Shown here in pieces: positions 23,026-33,053 of a stretch of DNA of 64,000 bases; positions within the stretch are counted from its first letter, which is position 1; every line of letters begins with the position of its first letter. The position numbers and the translations under genes were made by a program. Below the pieces are notes generated by a model. It had not been told where the DNA came from, searched no databases, and worked only from the letters and a program-made list of their open reading frames with translations. The DNA comes from an uncultured Alphaproteobacteria bacterium (GTDB taxonomy: Bacteria; Pseudomonadota; Alphaproteobacteria; Sphingomonadales; Sphingomonadaceae), in assembly GCA_963783195.1 (NCBI GenBank), contig CAWAMV010000001.1, positions 642-64,641 of the forward strand, in the 5' to 3' direction.

Positions 23026-24571
23026 ATGAACCCGCCACCCATGCCGATCGATCTTTCCATCCTGCCCGGCCTGAAGGAAGAGCTTGCGGCCACCCCGCGT
23101 AAACTGTTCATCAACGGCACCTTCGTTGCGGCCCGGTCGGGCGAGACGTTCGACGTGGTCGATCCGGCGACCGGGAAGGTCTTCGCGCAGGCTGCGTCAG
23201 GCGGCGCGGAAGACATCGACCTTGCGGTGAAGGCGGCACGCAAATGCTTCGACAGCGGCGCGTGGTCCGCCATGCCACCAGCCCAGCGCGCTCGGATCAT
23301 GATGAAGCTGGCGGAACTGATCGAGGCGAATGGCAGCCGTATCGCGCTGACCGAAACGCTCGACAACGGCATGCCGTTGATGATGGCGTATTTCGGCGGC
23401 GTGATGGCCGCGTCCGAGACAGCTGCGATACAATGCCGGATGGGCACCAAGATCGGCGGCGAGACCTTCACCCCGTCGCATCCGGGCGAGTGGCACGCCT
23501 TCACTCAGCGCGAGCCGGTGGGCGTGGTCGGCGCGATCGTGCCGTGGAACTTCCCCTTCGTGATGGCGGTCGCCAAGATCGCGCCGGCGCTTGGCGGCCG
23601 GCTGCACCGATCGTCCTCAAGCCTGCCGAACAGACGCCGCTTCGAGCACCGTGATCCTGGCGAGCTGATTGCCGAGGCCGGTTTCCCGGAAGGCGCGGTC
23701 AACATCGTCACCGGCTATCGGCAAGACGGCAGGTGCCGCGCTGGTCGAACATCCGGCAGGTGGACAAGATCTCCTTCACCGGCTCCACCGTCGACCGGCA
23801 AGCAGATCGTCCACGCCTGCACCGGCAATCTCAAGCGCGTAACGCTGGAACTCGGCGGAAGATCGCCCGGTGATCATCTTCGACGGATGCCGACCTCTAG
23901 AAGGCGATTCCCGGCGCGCCGCGATGGGCATTTTCGGCAATGCCGGGCAGGTCTGCGCGGCGGGTTCGCGGCTGTTCGTGCACGAGAAGGTGCGCGACCA
24001 GGTGCTCGAAGGCGTTACCCAGGCTGCGCCAAGGTCGCTGAAGGTCGGCTCGCGGCCTCGCTCCCGAAACGCAGATGGGCCCGCTGGTGAGCGATGTGCA
24101 GTTCGACCGCGTCACCGGCTACATCGAAAGCGCGCTGTCCGAAGGGGCGCAGGTCCATCGTCGGCGGGCGAGGCGGAGAAGGTCGAGGGCTCCGAGGGGG
24201 CTATCTTCATCCAGCCGACCGTGCTGGCCGGACACGGCCGCGGGCATGAAGGCGGTGGAAGAGGAAATCTTCGGCCCGGTCCTGTGCACCATGACCTTTG
24301 GCGACGACGATCTCGAAGCGATGGCCGCGGCGGCCAACAACACGAATATCGGCCTCAACGCCTCTGTCTATCTGGACGCAGGACATTACGCGCGGCCTCA
24401 AGCTGGCCAAGCGAATCAAGCGCGGGCATGGTGCAAGATCAACGGCGGGGCGGGGGCCCCGATCCGGCGATGCCGCTGGGCGGCTTCAAGCAGTCCGGCT
24501 GGGGCCGCGAAAACGGCCGCGCGGGCGTGGAAGCCTACACCGAGATCAAGTCCGTCACCGTCAACCTCTAA
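23026..24571 (+). pseudogene. Aldehyde dehydrogenase, multiple frameshifts
   Basis: The N-terminus is intact to IVPWNFPFVMAVAKIAPAL. After that, IVLKPAEQTPL, ELGG.SP, FGNAGQVCAAGSRLFVHEK, EEIFGPV and GGFKQSGWGRENG lie in different frames. Confidence 0.8.
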
Positions 24572-26168
24572 AACCCGCAGGCCTGCGACAGGATGGCGGC
24601 GGCCTCTGCGTCGCCGACATCGCCCTCGCCGGTCCATGCGACGAACTCGTCCGGCCTGACGAGCGCGTGGGCCTGCGTGTTCGCCCCCAGCAAGACTTCC
24701 TGCAGGGGAATGTTGCGAGGACGCGCCGATCGCGCAAAGGTGTCGAGCACGGCGGGATCGGCGGCGGCGATGGCAAAGCCGTCGCCTAGCCGTCCGCAAG
24801 TCCGCTCTCCGCTCGCATCGCGCAAGGGCGGCAGGTGGTGACCGGCGACGGGCTTGTGCGAATGCTCGCCGACGGCGGAGCCTGCCGCGTCGCCCGATCC
24901 GCCGACAGTCAGCGGCGAACCCGCGTAATGCGGCGCGAAGGAAAACACCTCCTCCTCGGCATGGCGGTGTCTGCGTTCGAGAGCCTGCGCCAACTCGCCG
25001 TCATCCATACCCTGCGCCATGCGGGCTACGAATTGCCGGTCGGTTGCGATTGACTTGGCGATGAAGTCGCGCGCGGTGGAGGCGAACTCGCGTGGCGTTC
25101 CGCGCCGTAGCTATCCAGCAGGTGCGGCCCGGCCCAGCCCGCCAGCGTCGCTGCCAGCTTCCAGCCAAGGTTTCGCGCGTCCTCGAAGCCGGTATTGATG
25201 CCGTATCCGCCGTAGGGCGGGTGCGAATGCGCGGCGTCCCCGGCGATGAGGATGCGCCCCGCGCGATAGCTGTCGGCAATCGCGAAGCGCAGGTCCCAGA
25301 AGCCCGAATAGGTGATTTGCGCCGCGAATTCGTTGCCCGCCGCGCGATGCAGCGCGGCCAACAGGTCCGCCTCGGCATCGCTGCGCTCGCCCAGCATGGG
25401 GGCGTGGAAGAAGAAGTTGGCGTTGCCGTCCACCCGGCCGAAGAACTGCCAGTAGCCCTCGAAATCGGGATGCAGCACGTTGAAATAGCTCTTGTCGGGA
25501 AAGCGTTCGACCAGCCGATCGAACGCGGGCGAGTGAAACACGATCAGCGCCATCACGCGGTCGTGATCCTGCCGGGTCTGCGTGATCGCCGCGCTTCGCC
25601 GGGTGACGGAGCGGCTGCCGTCGCATCCCACCGCATAGGCGGCGCGGAAGGTACGCTGGCAGCCATCGTCCACGCAGGTCGCGGAAACCGACGCGCCTTC
25701 GTCATCCTGCGAAACCGCCTCCACCCGCCAACCGGTGATGAAGTCTATGGCATCGATCTCGCGCGCGCGGCGACGCAGCACGGCTTCGGTATCGTATTGC
25801 GGGAGGCGGGCATTCGCGGCGCAGTAGTAGGGCTCCACAAGCCTGCGGCTCAGCCAGTCGTGGCAGGGGCCGTCCACCAGTTGTCCGTAGACCGTGACGC
25901 CACCGGCGTTCTCACCCGGCGGGATCGGTTGCGCGGCGCGCAGTTCGCGCTCCGCACCCCAGGCCTGGAAATGTTCCATCGTGCGCTGCGTCAGGTTCTG
26001 GCCCTTGGGCACCAGCTGCGGTTCGTCCCATGCCTCGATCACCAGCACGCGCACGCCGCGCCGGCCCAGGTCTATCGCCAGACCCAGGCCCACCGGCCCG
26101 CCGCCCACGACGATCACGTCGCTGGCGGATCGTTCGTCATGCGCCATCGCGTTCCTCACCCTTGTCAT
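24568..26168 (-). pseudogene. FAD-dependent aromatic monooxygenase (PheA/TfdB-like) with a frameshift near 25060-25090
   Basis: ORF 25026-26168 carries DVIVVGGGPVGLGLAIDL, GCDGSRSVTR and RILIAGDAAHSHPPYGGYGINTGFEDARNLGWKL. The C-terminal domain continues in ORF 24568-25020 (..ALVRPDEFVAWTGEGD). Confidence 0.75.
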
Positions 26169-26202
26169 GCAACGGCTTTGCCAGAACGCCCTGGCATTTG
26201 CT

Positions 26203-26217
26203 ATTCGTGCGGCTAAT
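26203..26217. promoter_or_regulatory. LysR-type T-N11-A box candidate ATTCGTGCGGCTAAT
   Basis: Lies in the 71-bp divergent region between the monooxygenase pseudogene and the LysR gene. It shares the GCTAAT half-site with the box at 27170. Confidence 0.35.
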
Positions 26218-26239
26218 CGGGCGGGAGTAGGGACGGACC

Positions 26240-27169
26240 ATGCGCCACGGCAGACTGAAAGAGCTGAACCTCAACCACCTGCTGACGCTCGACGCGGTGC
26301 TACGCTATCGCAACCTCACCCGCGCGGCAGAGCAGCTGGAGGTGACGCAGGGCGCGATCAGCCAGTCGCTCGCGCGGCTGCGAAAGTTCTTCGACGACAA
26401 GCTGCTCGTGCGGATCGGCAACTCGATGGAGCCGACCGCGCTCGGCAGCAGCCTGCAGGCCCCGCTCGCGAGCATCCTCGCCAGGATCGAATCCGACATC
26501 GTCGTGAGGGCCGGCTTCGACCCGGCGGAGGCGACCGGCAAGCTCTCCATCTGCATGACCGACCTCGGCGAATTCACCTTTCTCTCCCCGCTGATCGAGC
26601 GGCTGTCCGAACTGGCGCCAAACCTGTCCGTGTCGTCGCGCGCGCTGCCCGATGCGGAGCTCGCGCGCTATATGGCGGACGGCGTCATCGACCTCGCCTT
26701 CGCCGGCCCGATCGAGGAGGTGGCCGACCTCAAGGTGCAGAAGATCTTCGAACACGAGCTGGTGGCGGTGGTTTCGGAGAAATGCACGCTGCCCGACATC
26801 GTCCATGTCGACGCTTACACTTCACTGCCGCACGTCGTGCTCGATTCGCCCTATATCAAGCGGGTCCGTATCGAGAGTGCACTCGACAGGCTCGGCTACA
26901 AGCGGCAGATTCATCTCAGCACCCCGAACGCGTTGGTGCATCCCTTCCTGCTGGAACGCAACGCCAACCTCATCGCCACGCTGCCGCGCGCGTTTGCGGA
27001 GCGGGCCGCGGCGGTGTTGCCGCTGCGTATCCTGAAGCTGGGCTTCGACGTCCCCAGGCTGGAGGTGTTCCAGTACTGGCACCCGCGCTTCGACCGCCAC
27101 GAACCCTCCCGGTGGCTGCGCCGGCAGGTTCTCGATCTCGCCAGCGAACTGGCGTCGGGACGGGCGTGA
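26240..27169 (+). CDS. LysR-family transcriptional regulator
   Basis: 309-aa ORF. The N-terminal HTH LNHLLTLDAVLRYRNLTRAAEQLEVTQGAISQSLARLRKFF is followed by a LysR substrate-binding domain. Confidence 0.9.
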   Translation: MRHGRLKELNLNHLLTLDAVLRYRNLTRAAEQLEVTQGAISQSLARLRKFFDDKLLVRIGNSMEPTALGSSLQAPLASILARIESDIVVRAGFDPAEATGKLSICMTDLGEFTFLSPLIERLSELAPNLSVSSRALPDAELARYMADGVIDLAFAGPIEEVADLKVQKIFEHELVAVVSEKCTLPDIVHVDAYTSLPHVVLDSPYIKRVRIESALDRLGYKRQIHLSTPNALVHPFLLERNANLIATLPRAFAERAAAVLPLRILKLGFDVPRLEVFQYWHPRFDRHEPSRWLRRQVLDLASELASGRA

Positions 27170-27184
27170 ATTAGCGCCGCTAAT
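27170..27184. promoter_or_regulatory. LysR-type box ATTAGC-GCC-GCTAAT (perfect dyad, T-N11-A)
   Basis: Starts at the stop codon of the LysR gene and lies about 125 bp upstream of the TonB receptor ATG 27310. Confidence 0.4.
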
Positions 27185-27309
27185 ACGAGCGATTGACGAC
27201 GCTCGATTGCGCTTTCCAGCCCGCTTTCGAAAAATCCTTCCTGCAGAAAAGTCCGGGCCGACGGGACACGCGAAGGGCGTGGCGGCCGGGACCCAAGGGG
27301 AGGGAGAGG

Positions 27310-29682
27310 ATGACCAGCAATCGGATCGGGAAGAGTTTGCTCGTCGCCAGCGCGCTGGCAAGCGCGGGCACGGTGGCGCCAGCCGCCTTCGCGCAGGACG
27401 CGCAGCCCGAGGAGCGGGCGGATGGCGCGGGCAACGACCAGATCATCGTCACTGCGCAGTTCCGCGAACAGTCGCTGCAGGATACGCCGCTTGCGATCAC
27501 GGCGATTTCCGCCGACATGCTGGAAGCGCGCAGCCAGACCAACGTCGCGGAAATCGCCGGGCAGGCGCCTTCGGTCACCCTCAAGCCGCAGGGCACCGCC
27601 TTCGGCCCGGCGCTGGGCGCATCGATCCGCGGCGTCGGCCAGTTCGACTTCAACCCCGGCTTTGAGCCGGGCGTGGGTGTGTATGTCGATGATGTGTATT
27701 TCGCCACCTTGACCGGCTCCATCCTCGACCTGCTCGATCTCGAGCGGGTGGAGGTGCTGCGCGGCCCGCAGGGCACGTTGGCGGGCAGGAATTCCATCGG
27801 CGGCGCGATCAAGCTGTATTCGCGGCGACCCAGGGGCGACGGCTCCGGCTTCGGCGAAGTCACCTACGGCAGCCGCAACCGCATCGACCTGCGCGCTGCC
27901 TTCGACCTTGGCATCACCGACGATATCGCGCTGCGCGTGTCGGGCGTCTCCAAGATCCAGGAGGGCTATGTCGACCGTATCGACTATGGCTGCGCCTTTC
28001 CCGGCAGCGGCATCCCGGCGCTTGTCACCACCGAGGAGGGCTGCGTCGTCGATCGGGACGGCGACGTGAATTACCAGGCCATTCGCGGCCAGCTGCGTAT
28101 CCAGCCCACCGACACGCTCGAGATCAACCTGTCGGCGGACTACACCTCCGACAGGCGAAATTCCCCCGCGGGCGTGCTGACCTTCGCCAATTACACGGGC
28201 GGCGGTTTCATCGACCCCTACGGATCGGGGGCAAAGCTCGATTCGCGTTTCATCTGCGGGGATTTCTGCAACTACGCGGCGTTCCAGTCCCCCGCGCAGC
28301 CCGGCCCGCTCGGCCCGCTCAGCCCCAACGGGTACCAGCAGTCGCTCTCGCGCGACGCGGTCGACCTGGAAGCCTACGGTTTTTCCGGGACGGTGGAGCT
28401 CGAACTGGGGGCCAATCTGGGGCTGACCTCGATCACCGCCTACCGCGCCTACGATGCCTTCTTCGGCAACGACGACGATTTCTCGCCGCTGGCGCACAGC
28501 CTTGGCCGCAGCAACGTGGATTTCTGGTCGTTCAGCCAGGAACTGCGGCTGTCGGGTTCGGCGATGGACGGGCTGCTCGAGTTCACGCTGGGCGGATATT
28601 ACCAGGACCAGGAATCGGTCTACCTGACCTTCCAGGACTTGCGCTATGCCGCGCCCGGTTTCCCGCCCTTCATCGCCACCGACACGCTGCCGTCGGATAC
28701 CAAGGCGGCCTTCGCGCACCTATCGGTCAATCCGACCGAGGCGCTGACGCTGACCGCGGGCATCCGCAATACCGAGGAATTGAAGGACAACACCTACCTT
28801 CGTAATACGCCTGCGGGTACGCCTCACCCGCTGCTGGGATCGCTCAACAATATCACCGGCACCTATTCGGGCAGCCGCGTCGATTACCGGCTGGGTGCGC
28901 AGTATCGCTTCAACGACGATATCATGGCCTATGTACAGTACAGCACTGGGTTCAAGGGCGGCGGCGTCAGCCCTCGGCCCTTCGCCGCCGCGCAGGTCAT
29001 CGATTTCGGTCCCGAAACGCTGGGGTCCTATGAGGTCGGCATCAAGTCGGACCTGTTCGACCGGATTCTGCGCCTGAACCTCACCGGATTCTACATGCGC
29101 TACAACGACATTCAGCTGAACCTGCTGGAATGTCCGGACATCTCGCCGGCCCTGCCGCGCCCGTGTCCGATCACGCGCAACGTCGGCGCCGCCAATATTA
29201 CCGGTTTCGAGGCGGAAGCCTTCGTCCGGCCCGGCGCGGGGTTCCAGCTCGACGCGGCGCTGAGCCACGTTGATTTCGATTTCCGCGAAAGCGCGCAGGC
29301 GCGCCTTGCCTCGGTCGGCATCCCGCTCGGCGACACGACGCCCTACAACCCGGACTGGAAGTGGAGCCTGGGCGTCCAGTACGAGATCGACCTGGCGGAT
29401 GCGGGCACGCTGACGCCGCGCTTCGATGCCTCGTACCAGAGCGACATCTTCACCCGCTCGCCCAACACCGAGACCTCGCGCATCGAGGGCTACACGCTGG
29501 CCAACGCGCGTATCACCTACCAGCATCCCTCGGACTGGCAGATCGCGCTCAGCGTCACCAACCTGTTCGACAAGTACTACTACCTCACCAGCTTCGACCT
29601 GATCGGTGCGGGCGCGGGTATCGTGGCGGCCCAGCCGGGTCGTCCGCGCGAGTGGGCGGTGAGCGTGCGAAGGGATTTCTGA
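27310..29682 (+). CDS. TonB-dependent receptor
   Basis: Part of ORF 27193-29682. ATG 27310 follows GGAGAGG and gives the signal peptide MTSNRIGKSLLVASALASAGTVAPAAFAQD. Plug motifs IIVTAQFREQSLQDTPLAITA and VEVLRGPQGTLAGRNSIGGAI are present, with a C-terminal Phe. Confidence 0.9.
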   Translation: MTSNRIGKSLLVASALASAGTVAPAAFAQDAQPEERADGAGNDQIIVTAQFREQSLQDTPLAITAISADMLEARSQTNVAEIAGQAPSVTLKPQGTAFGPALGASIRGVGQFDFNPGFEPGVGVYVDDVYFATLTGSILDLLDLERVEVLRGPQGTLAGRNSIGGAIKLYSRRPRGDGSGFGEVTYGSRNRIDLRAAFDLGITDDIALRVSGVSKIQEGYVDRIDYGCAFPGSGIPALVTTEEGCVVDRDGDVNYQAIRGQLRIQPTDTLEINLSADYTSDRRNSPAGVLTFANYTGGGFIDPYGSGAKLDSRFICGDFCNYAAFQSPAQPGPLGPLSPNGYQQSLSRDAVDLEAYGFSGTVELELGANLGLTSITAYRAYDAFFGNDDDFSPLAHSLGRSNVDFWSFSQELRLSGSAMDGLLEFTLGGYYQDQESVYLTFQDLRYAAPGFPPFIATDTLPSDTKAAFAHLSVNPTEALTLTAGIRNTEELKDNTYLRNTPAGTPHPLLGSLNNITGTYSGSRVDYRLGAQYRFNDDIMAYVQYSTGFKGGGVSPRPFAAAQVIDFGPETLGSYEVGIKSDLFDRILRLNLTGFYMRYNDIQLNLLECPDISPALPRPCPITRNVGAANITGFEAEAFVRPGAGFQLDAALSHVDFDFRESAQARLASVGIPLGDTTPYNPDWKWSLGVQYEIDLADAGTLTPRFDASYQSDIFTRSPNTETSRIEGYTLANARITYQHPSDWQIALSVTNLFDKYYYLTSFDLIGAGAGIVAAQPGRPREWAVSVRRDF

Positions 29683-29819
29683 TCGGCGGTTTCCGGCGGC
29701 GCACCTCCCTTAGGCAGTTGTCGGATGAACCCGAGTTGGCGGGTCCCCCACCTTTTTTTCGGACGCGACCCGCCGACCCTTTTGTTCCAATTGATGTGGG
29801 ATCGGATAGACTTCTGTCG

Positions 29820-31529
29820 ATGAAAACCATGATTGCGATCGTCGGGGCCGGGCCGGTTGGGTTGAGCCTTGCGATAGATCTGGCGGTGCGGGGCGTGGAG
29901 GTGACGCTTGTCGACGAGCGCGAGGCGCGCTCCGTCCCCACGGTCCGCTGCAACCACATTGCCTCGCGCACGATGGAGGCGTTTCGCCGCTGGGGCATCG
30001 CCGGGCGCATCCGCGATTGCGGCCTGCCCGCCGATCACCCCGCGGACGTGGTGTTCCGCCCTGTCGCAACGCGCGAGGATTTCGCCCGCATCCCGATCCC
30101 CTCGCGGCAGGATCGCTATACCGACACATCGGGCGCGGACGGCTGGTGGCCGACGCCCGAACCCCCGCATCGCTGCAACCAGATCTTCTTCGAGCCGCTG
30201 CTGTTCGACCACGCCGCCTCACTGCCCGGAATCACTATCCTCAGTAGGCGGCAGGTCACCGCGTTCGCGCAGGACGAGGACGCCGTCACCCTGCACTTCA
30301 CCGATTGCGACAGCGGCGAGCGGGACACGCTCGAAGCCGCCTATCTCGTCGGCTGCGACGGCGCGCGCTCGCTGGTCCGCAAGGGCATCGGTGCGCGGTT
30401 CGAAGGCGATGCCGAGATCCAGAAGGTGCAGTCGACCTATTTCCGTGCGCCCGCGCTCGTGGACCTGATCCCCGACAAGCCCGGCTGGATGACTTATCTC
30501 TACCATCCCGTGCGTGCCGGAAACCTGCTCGCTATCGACGGACGGGAGACTTGGTTGCTGCATAACTACCTGCTGCCGGGCGAGACGGACTTCGAGCAGG
30601 TCGATCGAGATGCGTGCCTGCGGATGGTGCTGGGGGTGGACGAGGGGTTCGAATACGAGGTGCTGGGCAATGAGGACTGGATCGGCCGCCGGCTGGTGGC
30701 GGATCGCTTCCGCGACCGCCGCGTGTTCATCGCGGGCGATTCCGCGCATATCTGGGTGCCCTATGCCGGATACGGCATGAATGCCGGCATCGCCGACGCG
30801 CTCGACCTTTCGTGGATGCTCGCCGCCCGCCTGCAGGGTTGGGGCGGGGAGGCGCTGCTCGACGCCTACGAAGCCGAGCGCATGCCGATCACCGATCAGG
30901 TCTCGCGCTTCGCGATGGATCATGCAGGCCGCGCCATCTCCGAACGCACGCAGGTGCCTGCCGCGATCCTCGACCACACGGCAGAGGGCGAGCGCGTGCG
31001 CGACCGATTGGGCAGGCAGGCCGAGCAACTGCATGTCCGGCAATTCGCCTGCGCCGGACTGAATTTCGGCTATTTCTACGATGCCTCCCCGGTAATTATC
31101 GGCGACGGCGAGAGGGCGCCCGACTATTCGATGAGCGATTACACGCCTTCGACCGTCCCGGGCTGCCGGGTGCCGCACTTTTTCCTCGGCGACGGGACAT
31201 CGTTGTACGATGCCATGCAGGACGGGTTCGTGCTGTTGCGGCTGGACCCGGACATCCGCGTCGCTGGGATCGTCCTATCCGCCGCGGACCGCGCCATGCC
31301 GCTGCAGGTGCTGGACATCGATACTGGAATCGCGCCCGATGCCTATCGCCATGCACTCGTTTTGGTGCGGCCCGACCGCCACATCGCGTGGCGCGGCGAC
31401 GAAGCACCCGCCGATCCCGACTGCTTGGTCGCGACCGTGACCGGCTGGAACTCCGATCCCGCGACAGACCGCCCTGTCTTGGCGGGGCACTGTCAGAAGG
31501 ACGGGGCAGGTGCTAGCGGCGCTGGATGA
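29820..31529 (+). CDS. FAD-dependent aromatic monooxygenase (PheA/TfdB-like); last ~14 codons and stop supplied by the IS6 left end
   Basis: Part of ORF 29361-31529; ATG 29820 gives MKTMIAIVGAGPVGLSLAIDL. Motifs GCDGARSLVR, VFIAGDSAHIWVPYAGYGMNAGIADALDL and LVRPDRHIAWRG are present. The C-terminal GHCQKDGAGASGAG is translated from the IS6 terminal repeat. Confidence 0.85.
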   Translation: MKTMIAIVGAGPVGLSLAIDLAVRGVEVTLVDEREARSVPTVRCNHIASRTMEAFRRWGIAGRIRDCGLPADHPADVVFRPVATREDFARIPIPSRQDRYTDTSGADGWWPTPEPPHRCNQIFFEPLLFDHAASLPGITILSRRQVTAFAQDEDAVTLHFTDCDSGERDTLEAAYLVGCDGARSLVRKGIGARFEGDAEIQKVQSTYFRAPALVDLIPDKPGWMTYLYHPVRAGNLLAIDGRETWLLHNYLLPGETDFEQVDRDACLRMVLGVDEGFEYEVLGNEDWIGRRLVADRFRDRRVFIAGDSAHIWVPYAGYGMNAGIADALDLSWMLAARLQGWGGEALLDAYEAERMPITDQVSRFAMDHAGRAISERTQVPAAILDHTAEGERVRDRLGRQAEQLHVRQFACAGLNFGYFYDASPVIIGDGERAPDYSMSDYTPSTVPGCRVPHFFLGDGTSLYDAMQDGFVLLRLDPDIRVAGIVLSAADRAMPLQVLDIDTGIAPDAYRHALVLVRPDRHIAWRGDEAPADPDCLVATVTGWNSDPATDRPVLAGHCQKDGAGASGAG

Positions 31530-31888
31530 GCCGCAAGTCCCGAGCCAAGCCGCCTAGTCCTTTTCGATACTTTCACTCCTCGCCCGAGGTGATCCGGCTC
31601 GTGGTGATGCTGTATGTCAGGTTCCCGCTGTCGCTTCGCAACGTCGAGGACCTGCTGTCGGAGCGCGGCATAGATGTCTGCCACGAGACGGTGCGGCACT
31701 GGTGGAACAGGTTCGGTCCGATGTTTTCAGCTGACATACGCCGACAGCGCGTGAACCGGATGCGCGGCTTTCGCCAACGGCGCTGGCACCTGGATGAGGT
31801 CTACGTGAAGATCAACGGCGAGATGCACTACCTTTGGCGCGCCGTCGACCAGGAAGGCGAGGTTCTAGAGAGCTACGTGACAAAGACC
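31486..31888 (+). mobile_element. IS6-family element (subtype A), left 400 bp only
   Basis: Left terminal repeat GGCACTGTCAGAAGGACGGGGCAGGTGCTAGCGG, then transposase ATG 31526. Homology to the other copies stops after ..VTKT (~31888). Confidence 0.85.
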
Positions 31889-31894
31889 TTCTGA
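31526..31894 (+). pseudogene. IS6-family transposase, N-terminal fragment
   Basis: MSRKSRAKPPSPFRYFHSSPEVIRLVVMLYVRFPLSLRNVEDLLSERGIDVCHETVRHWWNRFGP... ends at 122 aa, against about 240 aa in longer copies. Confidence 0.85.
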
Positions 31895-32016
31895 GGGGGC
31901 GCAGCTTGGCGAGGGGGGTGACTGTTAGAGAGGACAGGAGACGAGCGTCCGCCTATCGCTGAGAGCAGCACCACCAACAGTAACGCCCCAACGGCCATCA
32001 GAGCAATAATCGCCAT
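31873..32016 (-). CDS. Possible small hydrophobic peptide (47 aa)
   Basis: My own translation gives MAIIALMAVGALLLVVLLSAIGGRSSPVLSNSHPP.. The ATG (rc 32014-32016) is preceded by TAAGGTGAAAC. The 3' end runs into the IS6 truncation junction. It is not in the ORF track (below cutoff). Confidence 0.2.
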   Translation of the reverse strand: MAIIALMAVGALLLVVLLSAIGGRSSPVLSNSHPPRQAAPPQKVFVT

Positions 32017-32105
32017 GTTTCACCTTAACTTGCGAGCATCTTACAGTAGCATTGGACGGCCTTGAAATGGTCCGTTTACTGATGAGCGAGTATTGACCGG
32101 ACATC

Positions 32106-32612
32106 ATGATGCACGGCCCAACGGACATGTGGAACCCCGACAACGCGATATACGAGGATGGCGAGTGGATCACTTGGGACGAGATCAACTCACACCTCGA
32201 CCGGTTGGAGTTTGAGGCCCGCTTCCCGAACCTCGATGTCGATCTGGTGCCTATCTTCCAAAATCTGCTTTCGGTTGCGCAGGACTACCACGAACTCACA
32301 GGTAGCCATCTACAGGTCTACGGCGACCTCGGGGAGCTTTACGGTGCGATTACTCACGGGCTTAAGCTGCACCGCAACTATGCGCAAGGATCAGACGGCA
32401 AGATCGGCAACCATTTCGTGGAGGTGAAGACCATCACCCCGTTCAAGGCGAAGGACACGATTACGCTCAACCTCAAGCGCAACTTTAGCAAGGTGCTCAT
32501 CGTCAAGATCGATGCCGAATTCGAGGTGCAGAGTAGGCTGATCGACCGAAAGGCCCTGCCCAAGGCGAAGGGCGACAAGCTCACGCTCAACTGGGCCGAC
32601 TTCGAGGACTAA
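32106..32612 (+). CDS. Hypothetical protein with possible PD-(D/E)xK nuclease-like motif
   Basis: 168-aa ORF in a visibly lower-GC patch. The segment YGDLGELYGAITHGLKLHRNYAQGSDGKIGNHFVEVKTITPF fits an E..D-x8-ExK pattern. The family assignment is a guess. Confidence 0.55.
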   Translation: MMHGPTDMWNPDNAIYEDGEWITWDEINSHLDRLEFEARFPNLDVDLVPIFQNLLSVAQDYHELTGSHLQVYGDLGELYGAITHGLKLHRNYAQGSDGKIGNHFVEVKTITPFKAKDTITLNLKRNFSKVLIVKIDAEFEVQSRLIDRKALPKAKGDKLTLNWADFED

Positions 32613-32673
32613 AGCTTGCCCGCCTCGCGAGCATTACCTCTCGCACGTCAAAAACCGCCCGTCGCGAAAACCG

Positions 32674-33030
32674 TCAATCCTGCTCGAAGACCGCGCTGAG
32701 TGCGTCGGTGAGGATCGTGCGATAGCTCTCGTCATCCCTGCCAGAGAACGGCGTGTTCCCTGCATTCACCCACGCGGTAGTCACACACGATCCGTTCGGA
32801 GTTTCTCGTAACTGAACTCCGAACATCATTTCACCAGTCCAGCTTCGGCAGACGTAAAGCCAATCGTCTTCAACAAAGACGAACCACCTATCCTCCATCT
32901 GGAGGGGAGTGAGACCACGTCGCAGCTTTTCGGTCTGCTGCTGGTTGAACGTCAGGGAAACAGCCAATGGTGTCGGATGCTCCGGCAGAGGCAGCAGCTT
33001 CCAAGAGCTTCTTGTGACAATGTCAACCAT
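32674..33030 (-). CDS. Hypothetical acidic protein (118 aa)
   Basis: Part of ORF 32674-33057. ATG (rc 33028-33030) is preceded by GGAGGAGGCAGC. The product starts MVDIVTRSSWKLLPLPEHP... and contains DRWFVFVEDDWLYVCRSWTG. I recognise no family. Confidence 0.5.
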   Translation of the reverse strand: MVDIVTRSSWKLLPLPEHPTPLAVSLTFNQQQTEKLRRGLTPLQMEDRWFVFVEDDWLYVCRSWTGEMMFGVQLRETPNGSCVTTAWVNAGNTPFSGRDDESYRTILTDALSAVFEQD

Positions 33031-33053
33031 GCTGCCTCCTCCGGCAACCCCAG

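Noticed and set aside
29740-29790. GGCGGGTC ... GACCCGCC with an internal T7 run as a terminator after the second TonB receptor
   Set aside because: The stem is only 8 bp with a ~21-nt loop, and the T-run lies inside the loop rather than after the stem. This is not convincing.
26911-31178. Antisense ORFs 26911-28719, 28720-29526 and 30219-31178 (minus strand)
   Set aside because: They are shadow ORFs opposite the LysR, TonB receptor and monooxygenase genes. Their products are low-complexity.
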